A stretch of DNA of 32,000 bases from Erysipelotrichaceae bacterium (GTDB lineage Bacteria; Bacillota_I; Bacilli_A; Erysipelotrichales; Erysipelotrichaceae): NCBI GenBank assembly GCA_963676105.1, contig OY781039.1, forward strand, positions 240,001 to 272,000, written 5' to 3'. Below the pieces are notes generated by a model. It saw only the letters and a program-made list of their open reading frames with translations. It ran no database searches and had not been told where the DNA came from. The position numbers and the translations under genes are program-made. This document shows positions 7,361 through 14,830 of this stretch, in pieces. Position 1 is the first letter of the stretch; each line of letters begins with the position of its first letter.

Positions 7361-7893
7361 AAACCATAAAACTTGTTTCAGCTGGTTTTGGTGGTCAAGG
7401 GGTCTTGACCATTGGACAACTCGTGGCTCTTATGGGTATGAAAAAAGATTATGCGGTTAGTTGGTTACCTTCTTATGGACCAGAGATGCGTGGTGGTACA
7501 GCAAATTGTCATGTCGTGATAGATGAAAATGAAGTTGCTTCTCCTCTAATAGGTAAAGGAATTACCCATTTAGTTGCCATGAATCAGCCGGCTTTAGATA
7601 AATTTTTACCAGCTTGTGCAGATGATGCGATTATAATTCGGCATCAAGCATTAACCACTAAACCACAACTTAAAAACGGACAAGTTGATGTGCCTTACGA
7701 TTTTTCAAAGTGTGCCTTAGATTTTGGAAATCCTAAAGTTTTAAATATGGCAGCTTTTGGTATCCTGATGAAATACTTATCGGATTTTACATTTGAAGAT
7801 GGTTTAAATGTCATTAATGAAAAGATTGGCAAAAAGAAACCTGATTTGATGCAAATTGATGATGCAGTTTATGAAAGTGCATATCGGAGTTAA
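7357..7893 (+). CDS. 2-oxoacid:ferredoxin oxidoreductase gamma subunit
   Basis: The protein is 178 aa with the GFGGQGV...SYGPEMRGG motif of the gamma family. Confidence 0.85.
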   Translation: MKTIKLVSAGFGGQGVLTIGQLVALMGMKKDYAVSWLPSYGPEMRGGTANCHVVIDENEVASPLIGKGITHLVAMNQPALDKFLPACADDAIIIRHQALTTKPQLKNGQVDVPYDFSKCALDFGNPKVLNMAAFGILMKYLSDFTFEDGLNVINEKIGKKKPDLMQIDDAVYESAYRS

Positions 7894-7915
7894 GAATGGT
7901 GGAAACATCATTCTT
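7892..7915. terminator. Weak bidirectional hairpin between the convergent oxidoreductase gamma and photolyase genes
   Basis: AAGAATG (7892-7898) pairs with CATTCTT (7909-7915) across a 10-nt loop, with T-rich sequence after it. It overlaps both stop codons. Confidence 0.3.
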
Positions 7916-9200
7916 TTAGTTTTAATTTACTTTTCTTTAACGTACCTTTTTTTGACATGGTTCGAACTAGACCAAAGACTTCTTTATTAAACCATGGTCG
8001 ATCATGAACACCTGCAATGCTCCACATAATCCCAACATAACCATTTGGATCTCTGCCATCAAGCATAAATGTGTCATTTAAATAAATGAGTTTATCTAAC
8101 GCTTCTTGTGCATTATGACTCCAGTAAAGTACTTGCTTTGCCCAATACATTCTAAGATAACCATGTAAATAACCTTTTTCTCGAACTTGATCCTGACAAT
8201 AATTCCAAAGATTATCATCTGTACGACTGTTTTCCAATTCAGTTAAAGGGTAAATATTTTCTCTTACATCATCTTCATGTTCTTTAAGTGTTTTAATGGC
8301 CCACGACCATGCGCCATCTAATTTGTCATATTGATCTTGATAGAAACAGTAGTTTTCCGCAAGTTCACGACGTACTAAAACTTGTTCAATAAAAGTTTCA
8401 GCATTTTCGCTTTTACTCTCTAATACTTTTCTAACGATTGTTCGTGGTGAAATCATTCCAAAATGTAAGTAAGGCGATAGGAAAGATGTTGCATTCGCAT
8501 TGACTTCATTTCTTAGATGATAACGATTTAATCCATCGAGAATAAAATCATTAAGTTGTTTGTGTGCAGCATCTTCACCTGGAATTAACCAGTCAATGGG
8601 TTGAGGATATATTTCTCTATAATTTTGATAAATTGTATTATACGTTGATTCATCAAATGTATTTAGAACTGATTGATTTAAAGGTATTAGCTTAAGTTCC
8701 TTATTTAGAAATTGCTTATATTGTCTTAATAATTTTGGCCGAATTGTTCGAGCTGCATATTCACATTTATCAGATGCAATATGGATTGGAACAACCGTTG
8801 CAGTATTAACACGATAAAACTCAACGGATTGTTTTTTACTTTGTGCTTTTACTTGTTCTTGTAAATTTCTCATAAAGCGCAAACTTGCTTGCTCAGTCAC
8901 GATTGTATGTATATTGGGTATTTCATTGAAAGCTAATAGCGGTGATGTTTGATGGACTAGAAGGGGTATATTAAGTTGTTTTAATTTCTTAGATAGTTCC
9001 AATAAACCATTTAATAAGAAATGCATGTTTCGAGCATTGGCATATTTAAAATCTTTCAACGCAAAAAAGTGTACTTCAAGTTCACAGTTGTTTTTTAAAG
9101 CTGTTTCGTAAGCTAATTCAAGGGCAGGGTTTTCGTAAAGTCTAATCGCTCTTGAGCACCAATAGATGACTTTTTTATTCATATGATTTAAGCATAACAT
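7908..9200 (-). CDS. phr: Deoxyribodipyrimidine (CPD) photolyase, class II
   Basis: Class II hallmarks are VIYWCSRAIR, CEYAARTIRPKL, LSPYLHFGMIS, HGYLRMYWAKQVLYWS and DGRDPNGYVGIMWSIAGVHDRPW. An alternative start is the ATG at 9182 (MNKKVIYW). Confidence 0.85.
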   Translation of the reverse strand: MLCLNHMNKKVIYWCSRAIRLYENPALELAYETALKNNCELEVHFFALKDFKYANARNMHFLLNGLLELSKKLKQLNIPLLVHQTSPLLAFNEIPNIHTIVTEQASLRFMRNLQEQVKAQSKKQSVEFYRVNTATVVPIHIASDKCEYAARTIRPKLLRQYKQFLNKELKLIPLNQSVLNTFDESTYNTIYQNYREIYPQPIDWLIPGEDAAHKQLNDFILDGLNRYHLRNEVNANATSFLSPYLHFGMISPRTIVRKVLESKSENAETFIEQVLVRRELAENYCFYQDQYDKLDGAWSWAIKTLKEHEDDVRENIYPLTELENSRTDDNLWNYCQDQVREKGYLHGYLRMYWAKQVLYWSHNAQEALDKLIYLNDTFMLDGRDPNGYVGIMWSIAGVHDRPWFNKEVFGLVRTMSKKGTLKKSKLKLKE

Positions 9201-9213
9201 TTTAGGCTTTAAC

Positions 9214-9242
9214 TTGATTAGTTAAGTGAGTATCTATATACT
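9214..9242 (+). promoter_or_regulatory. Sigma-A-type promoter candidate for the yerC-like gene
   Basis: TTGATT (9214-9219) and TATACT (9237-9242) are separated by a 17-nt spacer, 24 nt upstream of the ATG. Confidence 0.45.
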
Positions 9243-9265
9243 TTAATAAGGTAAAGAGGTAAAGT

Positions 9266-9553
9266 ATGCCGATTAAAAAAGATCAAAAGTTTGACCAATT
9301 ATTTGAAGCGATATTAAAACTTGAAAATATAGATGAGTGTTATGCATTATTTGATGACTTATGCACAATGAGTGAAATAAATGATATGAGAGATCGCTTT
9401 GAAGTTGCGCGATTACTTGTTGAAGGACACACCTATGCTCAAATTGAGCATGTGACATCAATGAGTTCTGCGACGATCTCACGCGTAAACCGCTGTATTC
9501 AATATGGTACTGGTGGGTACAAGACAGCTTTAAGTCATATTACTAAGGAATAA
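9266..9553 (+). CDS. YerC/YecD family TrpR-like protein
   Basis: The protein is 95 aa with ...RFEVARLL..G.TY..I...T..SSATISRVNRC..YG.GGY, characteristic of the YerC/YecD (TrpR-fold) family. Confidence 0.75.
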   Translation: MPIKKDQKFDQLFEAILKLENIDECYALFDDLCTMSEINDMRDRFEVARLLVEGHTYAQIEHVTSMSSATISRVNRCIQYGTGGYKTALSHITKE

Positions 9554-9580
9554 TTCAATTTTGAAAAAACTTTTCAATAA

Positions 9581-9607
9581 AACGGACCAAAACTGGTTCG
9601 TTTTTTC
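9581..9607 (+). terminator. Rho-independent terminator after the yerC-like gene
   Basis: AACGGACCA pairs with TGGTTCGTT as a 9-bp stem (one G-U pair) across an AAAC loop, followed by T6. Confidence 0.7.
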
Positions 9608-9638
9608 GTAATCAAGACTAAAAAGATTAAAACTGCTG

Positions 9639-9647
9639 TGCTAAACT
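9639..9647 (+). promoter_or_regulatory. Extended -10 promoter candidate directly upstream of the AEC permease ATG
   Basis: TGcTAAACT ends 7 nt before the ATG at 9655, and no Shine-Dalgarno sequence lies between them. Confidence 0.35.
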
Positions 9648-9654
9648 ATTATCT

Positions 9655-10593
9655 ATGTTGTCATTAATTGTCTTTAATCAAGTGGCTATAATGGTCGCTT
9701 TAATAGCCGTTGGATATTTAGCTTTTAAACTGAATATTTTATCTAAAGAGGGAAGTAAAGAAATTTCTCGTCTTTTAACAATGATCATTACGCCTGTTGT
9801 GATTGTGAAATCATTTATGGTGGAAAGTTCACCTGAAAAAACACAAATGCTTTTATATTCTTTAATGTTAGGGCTTATTTCTTTATTAATCACATTTATC
9901 TTTGCTTATTTTACTGAAAAGAAAAATCCAGCTTTACAGTATGGAGTTAGCTTTTCAAATGCAGGTTTTATTGGAATTCCATTAATACTAAATACCTTAG
10001 GTTCAGAAGCTCTATTCTATATGTTGGCTTTTTTCTCAATGCAAATCATGTCTGTATGGACTTTAGGTATCTTTATGTTAACGAGAGATCGCCATTTGAT
10101 ATCAATTAAACAATTATTAAAAACACCAACAATTTGGGCAATATTTGTTGGTTTAGCCGTTTATTTCCTTCAAATATCTTTTCCTGATAATGCGATGAGT
10201 ATTGTGAATAATATGAGTTCAACCTATTCACCACTTGCGATGTTTGTAGTTGGAACTCTTTTAGCTGAAATTAAATTCAAAGATATGTTTGGTGATAATG
10301 AAGTTTACATTATGATTGCATTACGTTTAATTATCATTCCGTTAGTAATTGCACTTGTCTTTGTTTTTATTCCAGGGGCTTCAGAATTACACCTTTTAAC
10401 CAAGACGGCAATCGTCATTGTAAGCTCCGCACCAGCGGGTGCAAATACGGCGATTTTATCGCATATGTTTGATTTAAAAACCGATCAGGCGGTTAAAGCG
10501 GTTACATTAAGTACATTACTTTCAGTGCTTACTATACCAATGATAGTCTTCAGTTTTGAGTATTTGTTAAATATCTTCACAAGTGGTCTGTGA
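9655..10593 (+). CDS. AEC (auxin efflux carrier) family permease
   Basis: The protein is 312 aa and polytopic, with about 10 hydrophobic segments in two halves and the N-terminal pattern typical of the AEC / malate-permease family. Confidence 0.75.
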   Translation: MLSLIVFNQVAIMVALIAVGYLAFKLNILSKEGSKEISRLLTMIITPVVIVKSFMVESSPEKTQMLLYSLMLGLISLLITFIFAYFTEKKNPALQYGVSFSNAGFIGIPLILNTLGSEALFYMLAFFSMQIMSVWTLGIFMLTRDRHLISIKQLLKTPTIWAIFVGLAVYFLQISFPDNAMSIVNNMSSTYSPLAMFVVGTLLAEIKFKDMFGDNEVYIMIALRLIIIPLVIALVFVFIPGASELHLLTKTAIVIVSSAPAGANTAILSHMFDLKTDQAVKAVTLSTLLSVLTIPMIVFSFEYLLNIFTSGL

Positions 10594-10628
10594 TTTGTAA
10601 AATTCGCATTTGACCACTTTTATTTTTC
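10581..10628 (+). terminator. Terminator-like hairpin after the AEC gene
   Basis: AAGTGGTC (10581-10588) pairs with GACCACTT (10612-10619) across a 23-nt loop, followed by TTTATTTTT. The 3' arm overlaps the serC -35 box. Confidence 0.35.
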
Positions 10629-10637
10629 CCTTATAAT
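10610..10637 (+). promoter_or_regulatory. Sigma-A-type promoter candidate for serC-serA
   Basis: TTGACC (10610-10615) and TATAAT (10632-10637) are separated by a 16-nt spacer. An AAGGAGG ribosome-binding site lies downstream. Confidence 0.55.
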
Positions 10638-10686
10638 ATGGTGTAAGTAACTTGTTAAAGTACTATCAAATAAAGGAGGCTTTGCG

Positions 10687-11769
10687 ATGAGTCAAAGAGT
10701 TTACAATTTTTCAGCAGGACCTGCAACTCTACCATTAGCGGTATTAGAGCGTGCACAAAAGGAATTATTATCTCATGGTGACAGTGGTCAATCTGTGATG
10801 GAGATGAGTCATCGATCTAGTGAGTACGAAGCTATCCACAATAAAGTAGAAAAAGATTTAAGAGAACTTTTAAACATCTCAGATGATTATGCCGTTCTAT
10901 TCTTACAAGGTGGGGCATCATTGGCATTCCATATGATTCCACTAAATATTTTAGGTAAAGATGAAAAGGCTGGGGTTATCGTAACTGGTAGCTGGGCTAA
11001 AAAAGCTTTAGATGCGATTAATGAAGTAGGCGTTGGTGAAGCCATTGCGTCAAGTAAGGATGCAAATTTCTCATATGTACCACGTGTTAATGATAAAGAT
11101 TTAAGTGACTATGCTTATATTCACTATGTATCTAACAATACTATTTTTGGAACACGTGAAACAGTGATTCCACCAGTAGATCATGCTTGTGTAGTAGCTG
11201 ATATGAGTAGTGATATACTATCTCGACCAGTTGATGTGAATAAACATGGACTTATCTTTGCGGGAGCACAGAAGAATATGGGAATTGCGGGTTTAACCGT
11301 GGTTATTATCCGTAAAGATTTATTAGCTAAAGTTGATCCAAGTGTTGCGGCGATTTTAAAATATTCAACGCATGCTGAAAAGGATTCACTATACAATACA
11401 GCCCCTACATATCCAATCTATTTAGCAGGTTTGGTGCTTGAATGGATAAAAGAATTAGGTGGTGTAGAAGCCATGGAAAAACACAATATCAAAAAAGCTG
11501 ATTTGTTATACAACTTTTTAGATAGTAGTGATTTCTATGAAGCTACAGCTGCTAAGGAAGATCGTTCTCTCATGAACATTACTTTTAAAACTGCTGATCC
11601 AGAATTAGACAAAGCACTTATCAAAAAATGTGCTGAGGCTGGTTTAGTTAATGTTAAGGGTCATCGTTCTGTGGGTGGTCTACGTGCTAGTGTTTATAAT
11701 GCGATGCCAATTGAAGGTGTTCAAGCTTTAGTTGATGTCTTAAAAGAATTTGAAAAGGAGAATGCTTAA
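10687..11769 (+). CDS. serC: Phosphoserine aminotransferase
   Basis: The protein is 360 aa with YNFSAGPA..LP, MEMSHRS and the PLP-lysine region GAQKNMG. Confidence 0.9.
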   Translation: MSQRVYNFSAGPATLPLAVLERAQKELLSHGDSGQSVMEMSHRSSEYEAIHNKVEKDLRELLNISDDYAVLFLQGGASLAFHMIPLNILGKDEKAGVIVTGSWAKKALDAINEVGVGEAIASSKDANFSYVPRVNDKDLSDYAYIHYVSNNTIFGTRETVIPPVDHACVVADMSSDILSRPVDVNKHGLIFAGAQKNMGIAGLTVVIIRKDLLAKVDPSVAAILKYSTHAEKDSLYNTAPTYPIYLAGLVLEWIKELGGVEAMEKHNIKKADLLYNFLDSSDFYEATAAKEDRSLMNITFKTADPELDKALIKKCAEAGLVNVKGHRSVGGLRASVYNAMPIEGVQALVDVLKEFEKENA

Positions 11770-12929
11770 TGTTTAAAATTAAAACTTTGAATGAGATTGA
11801 TCAACAAGGTTTAAATCAATTTGATGAACAATTTAAATTAAGTGATGATGCTGATGCTGAAGCGATTCTAGTCCGTTCTGCAAAAATGCATGATATGGAA
11901 TTTGATGAAAAATTATTAGCTATTGGACGCGCAGGTGTTGGGGTTAATAACATTCCATTAGAAAAATGTGCAGAAAAGGGGATTGTCGTCTTTAACACAC
12001 CAGGTGCTAACGCAAACGGTGTTAAAGAACTTGCATTAACCGCTATGCTTATTAGTTCTCGTGATATTCCTGCGTCTTTAGATTGGGTTCAATCCTTAGA
12101 TGGCAGCGAAGATATTGCGAAAGCAGTTGAAAAAGGTAAGAAACAATTTGTTGGACCAGAGCTTAAAGGTAAAACTTTAGGGGTTATTGGTTTAGGGGCT
12201 GTAGGTGTTCTTATTGCGAATGCGGCAAGTGCTTTAGGTATGAATGTACTAGGTTATGATCCTTATATTTCGGTTCAATCTGCATGGAGACTATCTCGTA
12301 ATGTTAAAAAGGCTGCATCTTATGAAGATATTTACAAAAATGCCGATTATATTACATTACACGTACCACTATTAGATAGCACTCGTCATTTAATTAATGC
12401 TGAAGTGATTAAAACATTAAAAGATGGTGTTCGTATAATTAACTTAGCACGTGCAGAACTTGTTGATGATGATGCGATGGAGAAAGCATTAGAATCAGGT
12501 AAGATTCATCGTTATGTAACGGACTTCCCAACTGAGAAAACCTATAAGATGAAGAACGTCATCGCAGTACCTCACTTAGGTGCTTCTACTCCTGAATCTG
12601 AAGTTAACTGTGCGATTATGGCTGCCGATGAAATTTCTGATTATCTAAAATATGGCACAATTCGTAATTCAGTTAATTATCCAAATTGTGAATGTGGTCC
12701 TGTTGATGCGGATGCGCGTGTCACAATCCTTCATAAAAACATCCCTAATATGGTGGGACAAATTACCACTGATTTAGGTGAACATGATATCAATATCGCA
12801 GGTATGCAAAATATGTCTCGTAAAGAGTGGGCATATACTGTACTTGAGATTGAAGGAAATGTCGATGAAGCATTGATTTCAACCTTAGAAGCTATTGATG
12901 GTGTTGTAAAAGTTCGTAAAATTGTTTAA
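11769..12929 (+). CDS. serA: D-3-phosphoglycerate dehydrogenase with C-terminal ACT domain
   Basis: Supporting features are the 2-hydroxyacid dehydrogenase NAD motif GVIGLGAVG, the catalytic region ARAELVD...PHLGAST, and a C-terminal ACT-like segment. It overlaps the serC stop (TAATG). Confidence 0.85.
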   Translation: MFKIKTLNEIDQQGLNQFDEQFKLSDDADAEAILVRSAKMHDMEFDEKLLAIGRAGVGVNNIPLEKCAEKGIVVFNTPGANANGVKELALTAMLISSRDIPASLDWVQSLDGSEDIAKAVEKGKKQFVGPELKGKTLGVIGLGAVGVLIANAASALGMNVLGYDPYISVQSAWRLSRNVKKAASYEDIYKNADYITLHVPLLDSTRHLINAEVIKTLKDGVRIINLARAELVDDDAMEKALESGKIHRYVTDFPTEKTYKMKNVIAVPHLGASTPESEVNCAIMAADEISDYLKYGTIRNSVNYPNCECGPVDADARVTILHKNIPNMVGQITTDLGEHDINIAGMQNMSRKEWAYTVLEIEGNVDEALISTLEAIDGVVKVRKIV

Positions 12930-12930
12930 T
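12926..12930. repeat. Left copy of the putative 5-bp target-site duplication (TTAAT)
   Basis: TTAAT immediately abuts the left IS end and is repeated at 14749-14753. It overlaps the serA stop codon. Confidence 0.5.
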
Positions 12931-12986
12931 AAACAGTCCCAATGATGCGACCCCTGTCAAGTAGACAGTGGAAATAAGTAAAGATT

Positions 12987-13016
12987 AGATGATCCAGAAA
13001 ATGGGTCATCTTTTTT
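12987..13016 (+). terminator. Terminator-like hairpin inside the IS left end, oriented against read-in from serA
   Basis: AGATGATCCA pairs with TGGGTCATCT as a 10-bp stem (one G-U pair) across a 5-nt loop, followed by T6 at 13011-13016. Confidence 0.4.
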
Positions 13017-13914
13017 AGTTTCTTATTTCTTGATTTTGTTTTATGGTTTCATAGTATTTTATGATTCGATTATTTGGTTTAATTGGGTATTGTGGAATGA
13101 CCTGACTATTTAAAGCTGCTTCTCTAACTTCAATAGGTGTTTGATTATTGAATCTGCTTTGAAATCTTTGATGATTGTAGAAGGACATATATTTATGAAT
13201 AGCTTGGTTTAAATCTTGTAGGTTTTCATATTTATGATGATGATACATCTCTGATTTAATAATGCCCCAGAAACCTTCAATCGGTCCATTATCGATACAG
13301 CGGCCAACTCTAGACATGCTTTGTGTCAATCCATTTGTTTCTAACTTATATTTGAATACTTTACTTGTATATTGGAATCCTCTATCTGAATGAAACAGTG
13401 GTTTCGCACCTGGATTAAGACTCATTGCTTTCTCAAAAGTGTTGAATACAAGTTGATTATTATTACGTCCACTTATCTCATACGCAACGATACTTCGATC
13501 ATATAAATCTAAGATGGCACTTAAATAGAGTTTCTGTTTTGTATGTCGATCTTTAAACTCAGTTACGTCTGTGACCCACTTTTGATTAGGTGCACTAGCG
13601 AAGAAATCTCTCGCTAAGATATTCTCAGCAGTAATCTCAGGTTCTGACTTATGATAGTTATTCTTCTTTTTACGTATGACGGATTTTATCCCTAATAGTC
13701 GCATCATACGACGAACACGTTTTTGATTATAATTTTTATGATTCAATCGATTAATGGCTATTGTCATACGTCGATAACCATAGATATGATCGAATATTTC
13801 ATCATACTCAAGTATCCATTGTGCAATTTGTTGGTTTTCCTTCTCTTGTGCTGTTTCAGTGCGTTTTAACCACTTATAGTAACTAGATCTCGGTATCTCT
13901 AATACCTGACACAT
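13015..13914 (-). CDS. IS3-family transposase OrfB (DDE integrase domain), probably made as an OrfAB fusion by -1 frameshifting
   Basis: The DDE triad contexts are WVTDVTEF, HSDRGFQY and NGPIEGFWG. The reading frame stays open upstream to the slippery site near 14019-14025. Confidence 0.85.
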   Translation of the reverse strand: MCQVLEIPRSSYYKWLKRTETAQEKENQQIAQWILEYDEIFDHIYGYRRMTIAINRLNHKNYNQKRVRRMMRLLGIKSVIRKKKNNYHKSEPEITAENILARDFFASAPNQKWVTDVTEFKDRHTKQKLYLSAILDLYDRSIVAYEISGRNNNQLVFNTFEKAMSLNPGAKPLFHSDRGFQYTSKVFKYKLETNGLTQSMSRVGRCIDNGPIEGFWGIIKSEMYHHHKYENLQDLNQAIHKYMSFYNHQRFQSRFNNQTPIEVREAALNSQVIPQYPIKPNNRIIKYYETIKQNQEIRN

Positions 13915-13958
13915 CCAATGTATACTCCAGTGATAATCTCTTTGACAGCTTTGTATGG

Positions 13959-14672
13959 CTAAGTATTTCGCTTCTTGTCTAACTTGACTGAATACCGCCT
14001 CCTTTCGAATTCCTTCACTTTTTTTAAGAGTGTGTTCTCATTCTCTTTAAGTTCTAATTGTTTCTCGAGTTGATCTATCTTCTTCTGCAGCTTTTCAACT
14101 TCACTTAAACTATCTTCTAGTTTTCGTTTACCACGTCGATCAAGTAAACCATCTTGTCCTTCAAGTTCATATTTCTTCACCCATTGATAAACTTGAGAAT
14201 ACGACACTTGATAAACTTCAGCTGCCTTTTTAAATTCACGATTGTGTTTGAGACAATACTCTACAATTTCAACCCGCTCTGCTAAATTTGTCTTCCTTCT
14301 TCCAGCCATATAAACATCTCCCTTAGGATCATAGTCCTTCAGTTCTATATGGTTATTATACTTTCTAAGCCAATTTAATATGATGGAATGGGATGATATT
14401 TGATACTTAATACGCAATCCTTCTAAGGAATCAACGCCGTTAAGATATTCGTGTATGACATTATCTTTTAGTTCTTTTGTATAGCGTTTGTTTCGTTCTT
14501 TATCTTCAAAAATTTCTCTGCCATATTTTTGATAACTATGTATCCATTGACGAACCGTGTAAGCTCGAACATTAAATTCAAATCCTAGTTGGTTCACTGA
14601 TTTTTCACCTCTTAAAAAAGTTTTTACTATTTCTACTTTAATTTCAGGACTATATTTATTCTTACGTCCCAT
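13959..14672 (-). CDS. IS3-family transposase OrfA (multiple HTH domains plus leucine-zipper-like coiled coil)
   Basis: There are repeated HTH segments (YSPEIKVEIV..., RRKTNLAERVEIVEYC...) and a C-terminal LQKKIDQLEKQLELKENE coiled coil. I prefer the ATG at 14672 (AGGAGG 8 nt upstream) over the track start at 14735. Confidence 0.8.
   Translation of the reverse strand: MGRKNKYSPEIKVEIVKTFLRGEKSVNQLGFEFNVRAYTVRQWIHSYQKYGREIFEDKERNKRYTKELKDNVIHEYLNGVDSLEGLRIKYQISSHSIILNWLRKYNNHIELKDYDPKGDVYMAGRRKTNLAERVEIVEYCLKHNREFKKAAEVYQVSYSQVYQWVKKYELEGQDGLLDRRGKRKLEDSLSEVEKLQKKIDQLEKQLELKENENTLLKKVKEFERRRYSVKLDKKRNT
14019..14025 (-). other. Programmed -1 ribosomal frameshift site (A AAA AAA G) joining orfA and orfB
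   Basis: The minus strand reads CTC TTA AAA AAA GTG in the orfA frame. A shift to -1 gives ...KKSEGIRKEAVFSQVRQEAKYLAIQSCQRDYHWSIHWMCQVLEIPRSSYYKW, which is continuous with OrfB. Confidence 0.6.
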
Positions 14673-14748
14673 ATAAAAAATCCCTCCTTTCAACTTTGCA
14701 TATTTGCATTGTCTACTTTGGAGGGATCTTATCACAAGTGGACTGTTT

Positions 14749-14753
14749 TTAAT
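14749..14753. repeat. Right copy of the putative 5-bp target-site duplication (TTAAT)
   Basis: It is identical to 12926-12930 and immediately abuts the right IS end. Confidence 0.5.
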
Positions 14754-14772
14754 TTGGTACGATATTTCATGA

Positions 14773-14786
14773 TGTTATCGCTTACA
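14773..14786. promoter_or_regulatory. cre-like box upstream of the first MacB-like gene
   Basis: TGTTATCGCTTACA has one mismatch to TGWAANCGNTNWCA. It lies 6 nt upstream of a TATAAT at 14793-14798 and shares CGCTTACAGT with the box at 3459. Confidence 0.3.
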
Positions 14787-14830
14787 GTGTTCTATAATAG
14801 AATAGTGAGTTTTTTAAAGGAGATATCATT

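Larger units (their letters stand above)
12931..14748 (-). mobile_element. IS3-family insertion sequence (IS150-like organisation), apparently intact
   Basis: The ends are AAACAGTCC (12931-12939) and GGACTGTTT (14740-14748), with about 46-48 bp of imperfect inverted repeat that includes a shared AAGTAGACA core. It carries orfA and orfB with an A7 slippery site and is flanked by TTAAT on both sides. Confidence 0.8.

Noticed and set aside
9273-9893. Minus-strand ORFs 9273-9482 and 9678-9893
   Set aside because: Both lie antisense within the yerC-like and AEC permease genes. They have no motifs and are shadow ORFs of A/T-rich coding sequence.
10638-10686. Possible T-box or riboswitch leader upstream of serC, and similarly upstream of proB or the C26 gene
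   Set aside because: The available 5' UTRs are only about 45-60 nt, far too short for a T-box or a known amino-acid riboswitch. I saw no specifier or antiterminator-like elements.
11181-11998. Minus-strand ORFs 11181-11396 and 11816-11998
   Set aside because: They are antisense to serC and serA, both of which have unambiguous family motifs.
14673-14735. 21-codon N-terminal extension of IS orfA
   Set aside because: An AGGAGG sequence precedes the ATG at 14672. The extension runs into the terminal inverted-repeat region.
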